A DNA stretch of 64,000 nucleotides from Laetmonice hystrix. Lineage: Eukaryota. The stretch is from NCBI GenBank assembly GCA_965235115.1, contig OZ249439.1, positions 5,890,001-5,954,000 on the forward strand. Reading direction: 5' to 3'. Below are positions 50,209 through 60,864 of this stretch, one piece after another. Made by a program: the position numbers and the translations under genes. Numbering within the stretch: the first letter of the stretch is position 1; every line of letters starts with the position of its first letter. The notes under the pieces were generated by a model. The model saw only the letters and a list, made by a program, of their open reading frames with translations. It was not told where the DNA came from and ran no database searches.

Positions 50209-51680
50209 CCACAGCTGTAGTCAGCAATGACCTGTTGACTGGGGCACACAGACAGCTGTAGTCAGCAATGACCTGTTGACTGGGGCACACAGACAGCTGT
50301 AGTCAGCAATGACCTGTTGACCATGGCACACAGACAGCTGTAGTCAGCAATGACCTGTTGACCATGGCACACAGACAGCTGTAGTCAGCAATGACCTGTT
50401 GACCAGGGCACACAGACAGCTGTAGTCAGCAATGACCTGTTGACCAGGGCACACAGACAGCTGTAGTCAGCAATGACCTGTTGACTGGGGCACACAGACA
50501 GCTGTAGTCAGCAATGACCTGTTGACCAGGGCACACAGACAGCTGTAGTCAGCAATGACCTGTTGACCAGGGCACACAGACAGCTGTAGTCAGCAATGAC
50601 CTGTTGACCAGGGCACATAGACAGCTGTAGTCAGCAATGACCTGTTGACCAGGCCCACAGACAGCTGTAGTCAGCAATGGCCTGTTGACTAGGGCACACA
50701 GACAGCTGTAGTCAGCAATGACCTGTTGACCAGGGCACACAGACAGCTGTAGTCAGCAATGACCTGTTGACCAGGGCACACAGACAGCTGTAGTCAGCAA
50801 TGACCTGTTGACCATGGCACACAGACAGCTGTAATCAGCAATGAACTGTTGACCAGGGCACACAGACAGTTGTAATCAGCAATGAACTGTTGACCAGGGC
50901 ATACAGACAGCTGTAGTCAGCAATGACCTGTTGACTAGGGCACACAGACAGCTGTAGTCAGCAATGACCTGTTGACGAGGGCACACAGACAGCTGTAGTC
51001 AGCAATGACCTGTTGACCAGGCACACAGACAGCTGTAGTCAGCAATGACCTCCTGACCAGGGCACACAGACAGCTGTAGTCAGCAATGACCTGTTGACTA
51101 GGGCACACAGACAGCTGTAGTCAGCAATGACCTGTTGACCAGGGCACACAGACAGCTGTAGTCAGCAATGACCTGTTGACCAGGGCACACAGACAGCTGT
51201 AGTCAGCAATGACCTGTTGACCAGGGCACACAGACAGCTGTAGTCAGCAATGACCTCCTGACCAGGGCACACAGACAGCTGTAGTCAGCAATGACCTGTT
51301 GACCAGGCCCACAGACAGCTGTAGTCAGCAATGACCTGTTGACCAGGCCCACAGACAGCTGTAGTCAGCAATGACCTGTTGACTGGGGCACACAGACAGC
51401 TGTAGTCAGCAATGACCTCCTGACCAGGGCATACAGACAGCTGTAGTCAGCAATGACCTGTTGACTAGGGCACACAGACAGCTGTAGTCAGCAATGACCT
51501 CCTGACCAGGGCATACAGACAGCTGTAGTCAGCAATGACCTGTTGACTAGCGCACACAGGCAGCTGTAGTCAGCAATGACCTGTTGACTAGGGCACACAG
51601 ACAGCTGTAGTCAGCAAGGACCTCCTGACCAGGGCACACAGACAGCTGTAGTCAGCAATGACCTCCTGACCAGGGCACAC
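50209..51680. repeat. Minisatellite, 41-bp unit, ~36 copies, ending 145 bp before the protocadherin exon
   Basis: CACACAGACAGCTGTAGTCAGCAATGACCTGTTGACCAGGG tandem. Confidence 0.98.
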
Positions 51681-51809
51681 TGAATGCTAGTCTTTGTTCT
51701 GCCAACCGTTTGCTATGATCCCCAGCATGTACGGCTCGCGGGCGGGATGCTAACCGAGTATCACTCAGCCAATTAATCGAACCCAGTGAGTACATTCAGT
51801 ATCATCGTG

Positions 51810-51826
51810 TGTTTTTATGTTTCAGA
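51810..51826 (+). other. Putative splice acceptor of the large protocadherin exon
   Basis: TGTTTTTATGTTTCAG|A at 51825/51826; CTAAC branch-like motif at 51750-51754. Confidence 0.6.
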
Positions 51827-52124
51827 TCCGGTGCGATTAGTCCGCAGTCGGGTAGTGGTATGGACAAGCAGAGAGAGCGAAAACGTGACGTGGCGAGCGG
51901 CCGGTGAGCAGAGAAGAAACATGAAGGATGCTGAGGATGTAGAATGTTTGGATGAAGCGGTAGAGAGGAGACGACCGTATCGATGTGAACGCTGTGGTCG
52001 GCAGCCCGCCTGGTGGGCTCGAGGATCAGTGGACCGAGCGGTGAGGGTTTACACCCAGTCAGCAGAACGATCTTTTAAAGGTGGCCTTTATATTGTGTTG
52101 AGGCTACGAGATGCCACCACTACC

Positions 52125-54830
52125 ATGAGCTTCAGCCTGTGGCTCTCTTGGCTTCTTCTTGGCTTGCTACTTGTAACCCCAGCAGCTCGCGGCCAAACGG
52201 GTGCACCTCTCCGATACTATATCAGGGAAGAACAGCCAGCCAATACGTACGTGGGAAATATAGTTGTAGACACTGGGTTAACATTGGGGCCAATGCTGCA
52301 GCTAGAACTTCAAGCCGGCCCAGGTGGGATCGGCCACCGATACTTCAAGCTGAACGGTACAACTGGAATACTTACAACATCCGCCCAAGTTGACAGGGAG
52401 AGGTTATGTACTGGTGTCACCCAGGCGTGCGTGCTCAAATTGACCGTCCTTCAACACAGCCCTTTCTTTCACATCATCAAGGTTGAAGTGGCCCTCAGAG
52501 ATGTGAACGACCACGCTCCAAGGTTTCCAGATGAGAGAATAGCACGGACTATTTCAGAAACCACCAAACCGGACACAACCTTCTCTATTCCAGTCGCTGA
52601 TGACCCTGACAGTGGAATCAATGGTGTGCAGGGCTATGAGCTGGTGTCAGAAACACAAAAATTTGCCCTGCAGTTTTCTAACATCTCCGGTACAATCCTT
52701 CATCTTAATCTTGTTCTCCAGGAGCCTTTAGACAGAGAGGAGGAACCCTCTTATACTCTGGTAGTGACGGCCAAAGATGGCGGCAGTCCAGTGAGGACTG
52801 GCAGTATGATAATAGAGATATCAGTAGGAGATTCCAACGATAACAGTCCCAGGTTTGACAATAATACATACGAGGTGACAGTGGCTGAAAACGTCCCGGA
52901 ACACAAGAAAATCCTGCAGGTACATGCCTTTGATCCTGACAGTGGCCGCAACGGAGATATTGTGTACGGGTTTGGAACGGACACCCAAACCAACTTTGGG
53001 TATCTCTTTGAAATAAACGCCATATCGGGTGGATTATTTATCCGAGGTGAGGTGGACTATGAGAGGGGCAGTGTGTACCATCTGATCGTAACGGCCAAAG
53101 ATCTGGGTGAGAATTCGCTGCCTGCCTACGCTAAGGTTATCGTACATGTGAAGGATATCAATGACCATGCCCCTCACATCACCATCAACTCGTTAGATTC
53201 TCGCGAGCTGGGCTCGGGAGAAAGTGCCTTTATCAAAGAGGACCTGGCTGCCGGAACGTTTGTGGCCCATGTGTCGGTGACAGATCCTGACGATGGTCAG
53301 AACGGAGTCGTCTCTTGTCACATGGAGAGTGAGTTCTTCGGGATGCGACAGCTGAACACGGAAGGTCACGAGTACCAGATCACCTCCAGAGTGGTCTTTG
53401 ATCGTGAGCACCAGGCCGAGTACCACCTGGAGTTGACCTGTTCCGACCACGGCCGACCCACGCTGTCAGCACACAAAGATATCTGGGTGAAAATCATGGA
53501 TATTAATGACCATGAGCCACAGTTCGAGCAGCCAGTCATCTCTATAAGTATGGAAGAAAACAACCGCGCTCATGACGTCATCATCAAAGTGAACGCCACT
53601 GACACGGACGCTGGGAGGAACGCTGCCGTGAAATATTCTCTGGTCCACAGGGAGGACGAGGAATTCATCAAGGTCGACCCAATCACAGGGGAGATACGAT
53701 CGAAGGTCAGTTTTGACTTTGAGAAACGGAATAGGTATGAGTTTGTGTTAGTTGCCGTCGACCAGGGCCTGCCGACACACACTGCTACCACTACACTTAT
53801 ACTGAACATAATCGACATCAACGATGAGAAACCCATCTTTAGTAAACCATCCTATTCATTCAAGATCTTTGAGAACATGCCTGCCCATATGAAGGTCGGT
53901 GTGATGACCGCGACTGACGCCGACGATCCACCCTTCAATGATATCGTGTATTCCCTGTCCCCAGGGTCGGAAGGTCTTGACGTGCTGGCAGTCAATGCCG
54001 ACACTGGGGAACTGACTACAACAAAGGTCCTAGACCGTGAGAAAAAGGAAACGTACGGTCTGACGTTGATAGCCAGTAACAGGGGGCACAGCCGTGTGAG
54101 CACGTCGGTGAATGTGTCGGTGCTAGTCATAGACCAGAATGATAATGCTCCATTTTTTGTGTTCCCAACTGACTGGAACAACACAGTGCACGTCCCAGAT
54201 GGCATAGCTATCGGCGAAGTTATCACTCGGGTTGTGGCCAGAGACATCGACAGTGGAGCCAACTCACAGCTCATATACTCGATTGTCAAGGGCAACGAAA
54301 GCTTTGCCATTGAATCTCACTCAGGGGTCGTCAAGGTCATAGACCATCTCCAATGCTTGAATTTACATATATGCAAATTAATTGTCATGGTGAAGGATAC
54401 GGGGACACCACGGCGCAAGGCGATCGCTGAACTGAGTGTGATACCCAAAAGTGCTGCAGCATTTGGCCACAGCCTGAAGGCGATGTTCTTCCTAAGTGGT
54501 ACAAACTTGACGATTATAATCGCAGCCACAGTGGTGTCTATACTGCTCATAACCCTCATCACTGTGATTTTCTGCCGCAGGCGAAGGCGGCGCTGCAGTC
54601 GTAACAAGGACCGGGAGGTCAAGTCAATAGGCATGTCAGAAACACCTGATAGTGAATTTAGTATAAAATCCCAGAAGAATGGGAAACTACCCAATGGATG
54701 TTGTGATGGGGTGACAGCAAAACCCAAAAAGGAAGTAAAGTTTGATATGGATAACCGAGGGCTTGGCGAGAGCTCTACCGATGATCTATCTATATCGTGG
54801 CCGTCCAAACTGAATACAGCGGTTCTTGGG
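52125..54830 (+). CDS. Protocadherin, large first coding exon (902 codons): signal peptide, 7 cadherin repeats, TM, partial cytoplasmic tail; delta-like 7-EC type
   Basis: ACCATGA Kozak; MSFSLWLSWLLLGLLLVTPAARG signal peptide; six DxND linkers (DVNDHAP, DSNDNSP, DINDHAP, DINDHEP, DINDEKP, DQNDNAP) delimiting 7 ECs; DRE/DYE/DFE and DxD motifs; EC1 RERLC-x6-C and no Trp2; TM at 54507-54575 followed by RRRRRR; ends at a phase-0 GTAAGT donor. Confidence 0.95.
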
Positions 54831-54836
54831 GTAAGT
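54828..54836 (+). other. Putative splice donor (phase 0) ending the protocadherin exon
   Basis: GGG|GTAAGT at 54830/54831; 52125-54830 is an exact multiple of 3. Confidence 0.8.
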
Positions 54837-55768
54837 CCTCTTCATCTTGTCTCCACACTCCTCTCTATCGACGTCTGCTTCCAGTATCACATCAGTAGTA
54901 CATATCGTAGTCGAAACTAGCTGTGCCTAGATTTGAATCCTTCAATAATTATCTTATTTCATGGTATTTTTGTGACACTTTTATTTTATGTTATAACTTT
55001 CGTTTTTGCGAAAGGGGCCTGGCTAGACACAGGTTTAACCGTGTATGAATTGTGTTTGATATATTGTGAAACTGCTAATTTTGTAACGAAAGTCCCATTT
55101 TGGCTATAATCGTCAATTTCAGTTCCATAATGCCTACTATGCTGGTACGGCCTCCTGTGCATTTGTAAGTGTCTTGCCTGTCCGTCTTGCTTAGTCGGAA
55201 GTCAGCATGTCGCTTTCCATTAGACTGGTTGTAAAAAGGGACCATCGGTTAGAGTTAGACACAATAGGTAATGGTACAGTCAATTTAACACATGAATAAT
55301 TTCTCTATACGTGAAAGAAGGCAATATTAGACAAAAGAATATTTACTATGGAAAGATCTTTCGAAAATGTTGAAAAGGTCTTTGTTAGTAAATGTTTCAC
55401 CGTCATCCAATGTTACTGCTTCTTCCCATAAGTCCTGCGTTTGTGTGGCTTTTCCTTCATTAAACAGTAAACGTGATAAACTAGTAATAGATTGATGTTA
55501 AAGTCAAACTTACAGCATTACTAATTAGATTTGCTAAATACCGAAAACGCGAAGAACACAGACCTGTATAGTTGTTTCTCTTCATTAGGCAGGCCTACTA
55601 ATTCACAGAAGTTTACCAGATATTTTATTTCCATTGATCAGCAAAGAATTGACATCAGAACTGGCAAGAGGAATATATTTAGTGCTGATTTAATAAGTTG
55701 AATTGGACAGAAAGACAGTAACGTTACATAAATTACGGTAAGCTTTATACTTGGAAATAGAAATTTTC

Positions 55769-55910
55769 TTCATCATCGCAATACCATCATCGCCATCATC
55801 TCACATCATCATCGTCATCATCTCACATCATCATCGCCATCATCCCGCATCATCATCGCCATCATCCCGCATCATCCCACATCATCATTGCCATCATCCC
55901 ACATAATCAT
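55769..55910. repeat. Degenerate (CAT)n-based repeat
   Basis: catcatcgccatcatcccgcat / catcatcgtcatcatctcacat units. Confidence 0.8.
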
Positions 55911-55956
55911 CAAAAGTTAACCTTCCCGCAATGAAGCCACACGATAGCGTCCTGTT

Positions 55957-58725
55957 GAGGCCATCGACCAGTCGTTCTGCCAGAGTCCGCAGTGGTGGCG
56001 GGCGGCGGGTATGGTGGAGCATCGACCAGTCGTTCCGCCAGAGTCCGCAGTGGTGGCGGGCGGCGGGTATGGTGAGGCCATCGACCAGTCGTTGTCCCGC
56101 CAGAGTCCGCAGTGGTGGCGGGCGGCGGGTATGGTGAGGCCATCGACCAGTCGTTCCGCCAGAGTCCGCAGTGGTGGCGGGCGGCGGGTATGGTGAGGCC
56201 ATCGACCAGTCGTTGTCCCGCCAGAGTCCGCAGTGGTGGCGGGGGGCGGGTATGGTGAGGCCATCGACCAGTCGTTGTTCTGCCCGAGTCCGCAGTGGTG
56301 GCGGGCGGCGGGTATGGTGAGGCCATCGACCAGTCGTTGTTCCGCTAGAGTCCGCAGTGGTGGCGGGCGGCGGGTATGGTGAGGCCATCGACCAGTCGTT
56401 CCGCCAGAGTCCGCAGTGGTGGCGGGCGGCGGGTATGGTGAGGTCATCGACCAGTCGTTGTCCCGCCAGAGTCCGCAGTGGTGGCGGGCGGCGGGTATGG
56501 TGAGGCCATCGACCAGTCGTTCCGCCAGAGTCCGCAGTGGTGGCGGGCGGCGGGTATGGTGAGGTCATCGACCAGTCGTTGTCCCGCCAGAGTCCGCAGT
56601 GGTGGCGGGCGGCGGGTATGGTGAGGCCATCGACCAGTCGTTGTCCCGCCAGAGTCCGCAGTGGTGGCGGGCGGCGGGTATGGTGAGGCCATCGACCAGT
56701 CGTTGTTCCGCCAGAGTCCGCAGTGGTGGCGGGGGGCGGGTATGGTGAGGCCATCGACCAGTCGTTCGCCAGAGTCCGCAGTGGTGGCGGGCGGCGGGTA
56801 TGGTGAGGCCATCGACCAGTCGTTGTTCCGCCAGAGTCCGCAGTGGTGGCGGGGGGCGGGTATGGTGAGGTCATCGACCAGTCGTTGTCCCGCCAGAGTC
56901 CGCAGTGGTGCGGGCGGCGGGTATGGTGAGGCCATCGACCAGTCGTTCCGCCAGAGTCCGCAGTGGTGGCGGGCGGCGGGTATGGTGAGGCCATCGACCA
57001 GTCGTTCCGCCAGAGTCCGCAGTGGTGGCGGGGGGCGGGTATGGTGAGGCCATCGACCAGTCGTTGTTCCGCCAGAGTCCGCAGTGGTGCGGGCGGCGGG
57101 TATGGTGAGGCCATCGACCAGTCGTTGTTCCGCCAGAGTCCGCAGTGGTGGCGGGCGGCGGGTATGGTGAGGCCATCGACCAGTCGTTCCGCTAGAGTCC
57201 GCAGTGGTGGCGGACGGCGGGTATGGTGAGGCCATCGACCAGTCGTTCCGCCAGAGTCCGCAGTGGTGGCGGGCGGCGGGTATGGTGAGGCCATCGACCA
57301 GTCGTTCCGCCAGAGTCCGCAGTGGTGGCGGGCGGCGGGTATGGTGAGGTCATCGACCAGTCGTTCCGCCAGAGTCCGCAGTGGTGGCGGGCGGCGGGTA
57401 TGGTGAGGCCATCGACCAGTCGTTCTGCCAGAGTCCGCAGTGGTGGCGGGCGGCGGGTATGGTGAGGTCATCGACCAGTCGTTGTTCCGCCAGAGTCCGC
57501 AGTGGTGGCGGGCGGCGGGTATGGTGAGGCAATCGACCAGTCGTTCCGCCAGAGTCCGCAGTGGTGGCGGGCGGCGGGTATGGTGAGGCCATCGACCAGT
57601 CGTTCCGCCAGAGTCCGCAGTGGTGGCGGGCGGCGGGTATGGTGAGGTCATCGACCAGTCGTTGTTCCGCCAGAGTCCGCAGTGGTGGCGGGCGGCGGGT
57701 ATGGTGAGGTCATCGACCAGTCGTTGTTCCGCCAGAGTCCGCAGTGGTGGCGGGCGGCGGGTATGGTGAGGTCATCGACCAGTCGTTGTTCCGCCAGAGT
57801 CCGCAGTGGTGGCGGGGGGCGGGTATGGTGAGGCCATCGACCAGTCGTTCCGCCAGAGTCCGCAGTGGTGGCAGGCGGCGGGTATGGTGAGGTCATCGAC
57901 CAGTCGTTGTCCCGCCAGAGTCCGCAGTGGTGGCGGGCGGCGGGTATGGTGAGGCCATCGACCAGTCGTTGTCCCGCCAGAGTCCGCAGTGGTGGCGGGC
58001 GGCGGGTATGGTGAGGCCATCGACCAGTCGTTCTGCCAGAGTCCGCAGTGGTGGCGGGCGGCGGGTATGGTGAGGCCATCGACCAGTCGTTCTGCCAGAG
58101 TCCGCAGTTGTGGCGGGCGGCGGGTATGGTGAGGCCATCGACCAGTCGTTGTTCCGCCAGAGTCCGCAGTGGTGGCGGGCGGCGGGTATGGTGAGGCCAT
58201 CGACCAGTCGTTGTTCCGCCAGAGTCCGCAGTGGTGGCGGGCGGCGGGTATGGTGAGGCCATCGACCAGTCGTTGTCCCGCCAGAGTCCGCAGTGGTGGC
58301 GGGCGGCGGGTATGGTGAGGCCATCGACCAGTCGTTCCGCCAGAGTCCGCAGTGGTGGCGGGCGGCGGGTATGGTGAGGCCATCGACCAGTCGTTGTCCC
58401 GCCAGAGTCCGCAGTGGTGGCGGGCGGCGGGTATGGTGAGGCCATCGACCAGTCGTTCCGCCAGAGTCCGCAGTGGTGCGGGCGGCGGGTATGGTGAGGC
58501 CATCGACCAGTCGTTCCGCCAGAGTCCGCAGTGGTGGCGGGCGGCGGGTATGGTGAGGCCATCGACCAGTCGTTCCGCCAGAGTCCGCAGTGGTGGCGGG
58601 CGGCGGGTATGGTGAGGCCATCGACCAGTTGTTGTTCCGCCAGAGTCCGCAGTGGTGGCGGACGGCGGGTATGGTGAGGCCATCGACCAGTCGTTGTTCC
58701 GCCAGAGTCCGCAGTGGTGCGGGCG
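55957..58725. repeat. GC/CpG-rich minisatellite, mixed 59/62-bp units, ~45 copies
   Basis: GAGGCCATCGACCAGTCGTT(GTT)CCGCCAGAGTCCGCAGTGGTGGCGGGCGGCGGGTATGGT tandem. Confidence 0.98.
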
Positions 58726-60465
58726 TGGTGAGATGGTTGATGTCATCAGAAGCCGTTTAGTGGCCACGCGCTCGTGAGCACAGCGCTAATTTAGATGGTC
58801 ACTATCAGAAGGCAATCGGCGTGTTGCTACCTTTAAAGCCTGTTGGGGATCAGGCCGATTCATTGTGCATCAGTTGTTAACGGCTCGGGAAGGCAAGTCC
58901 AAATTGGCATACTTTTTATTGATGCTCTGTCCGCAAATTGTCCCACTTTCATTGGAACCTTATTGATTTCACACTGTTCAAGTGTCCATTTACCTTGCTC
59001 TCTGTCGATGGTGAAGTCATTTCCACCCTGATGGATGGCTAGTTTTTAATGTACTTGAAATGATAATAGAAAAGTGGGTACCGCTATCTGTGTAAGCCAG
59101 ATGAATCCCCCACTGAACACGAGGAGGAATTCTACAGACTCGGAAAGAGTTCCAAGGTGTTCGTACAGAAAGTATATTTCCTCTACGCCGAGATGTTACA
59201 TGTAATCAGAATTCAAAGAAATCATACTGAGAAATTATTTATTTGTTTGACAATAACTGCTTTTGGAATCCCCGTAAGAATTGTTCTCATGTATGAATGG
59301 AAGTAAAGAGTATTTATCAACAAAACAACAAACAATGTTTCAATCTTTGAAATCCAAGAAAAGGCAACCTTCATTTCAGAATTGTCTGAATTGATCTAGC
59401 ACAGTGTAAGGGCACCTATAGAACTGAATTAAAGGAGGGAAGATTGTGTTATTCTCAGGCTTGGGACAACCAACAGAAAGTGCATTATGATAACGTATTC
59501 ATGACGATCACGAGTATAAATGAATTGTTAGATGGAGTTCTGGGTTGATTGGTGCAGTTTCCTCCCTTCTTTATGTTTATCATCATTATTAGGCACTTTG
59601 AGAAGTCCTGTTTTCTGTCTCCTTTAAATTTATTTCTATCGACGGCAGACCTCGTCTGTTTTGTCTGCCTTGCCTGCCTGTGCCATGTGGTGAGTCTGTG
59701 CCATGTGGCGAGTCCCACACGATTACGGATGGTTATTGAAAACGCAAATACTTTCCTTGGGATAAGCACAGATGTCCCTGGTTGCAATAGTAATTAAGAA
59801 CTATTTATTATTTAAATCAGGTGTCCCCGTAAAACTTCTTGCATGCAATGCTATAGCTGTTCCCTACAAAAAGTCTGTCGTTTGACAGAGGTGGGATTAC
59901 TCGAGAATCAGACCTGGCAGGCTCCGTACAGCCAACCAGTAGTTTACTTGTAATGTCGATGGCAGTGTAGAGCTTTCATCTGGTACAGATGGAGACTACC
60001 AGAGTGCTCTCAGTCTATGAGCATCATCAAGCAGTCCGATTGCTTTGACCCGTTATTTCGCGATAAAATGACATCCTTGATGATGTCTGATGACCAGTAC
60101 CACTGGTAGAATCCTGAGAGCTTCGTATTATGAGCGATTTCACCCACGGCACCCTAGAGATAAATCAAAAGTCATATTTGATAGATTAAATGTTTTATTG
60201 AATGAAAGGTTTAAAGGGAACCTTGAGTAAGCAATGTCCTAGATTAATTAGTGACAGATTATCTGGATTGTAGCATATGATGCCGGCATGGCCGCACATT
60301 TCATGCCATTTTAGTGCCAGTTGTTGCTTTCACAAAGTAATGTATTAGTCTGCAGACCATCGTCTGTAGTTGAGCGATTGACTGTAATTGCAGTCGTGTG
60401 ATGACAGTGTGGATAAATTTAATAAGTGTACATTTACATCCCATGTTTCAGCTCTTAGTATGTGA

Positions 60466-60864
60466 CAGAGACACTGGCATCATTCACAGTCTGTGGCAGA
60501 GACACTGACATCATTGAGAGTCTGTGCCGGAGACACTGGCATCATTCACAGTCTGTGGCAGAGACACTGACATCATTCACAGTCTGTGGCAGAGACACTG
60601 ACATCATTCACAGTCTGTGGCAGAGACACTGACATCATTCACAGTCTGTGGCAGAGACACTGACATCATTCACAGTCTGTGGCAGAGACACTGACATCAT
60701 TCGCAGTCTGTGGCAGAGACACTGACATCATTCACAGTCTGTGGCAGAGACACTGACATCATCCAGAGTCTGTGGCAGAGACACTGACATCATCCAGAGT
60801 CTGTGGCAGAGACACTGACATCATTGAGAGTCTGTGGCAGAGACACCGACATCATTCACAGTCT
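60466..60864. repeat. Minisatellite, 31-bp unit, ~13 copies
   Basis: GACATCATTCACAGTCTGTGGCAGAGACACT tandem. Confidence 0.96.

Noticed and set aside
51726-51825. Micro-exon 51726-51785 followed by a 40-nt intron (GTGAGT at 51786)
   Set aside because: The intron would be implausibly short and there is no transcript evidence.
51969-52000. RRPYRCERCG resembling the start of a C2H2 zinc finger
   Set aside because: No downstream His pair or conserved Phe/Leu; likely coincidence.
52139-54808. Short alternative-frame and antisense ORFs overlapping the protocadherin
   Set aside because: Expected shadow ORFs of a long coding exon; no domains.
55957-58725. Tandem CTCF sites (analogy to clustered-protocadherin promoter choice)
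   Set aside because: The best match, CCGCCAGAGTCCGC, lacks the core GGC of the CTCF motif.
55894-58767. Multiple long minus-strand ORFs
   Set aside because: Products of the GC-rich 59/62-bp array; unit lengths are not multiples of 3.
58860-59130. SGNH/GDSL esterase fragment (VGDS ... HQGGNDF on the minus strand) as in LINE ORF1
   Set aside because: The motifs are separated by stops and are too close together; two short words are not sufficient evidence.
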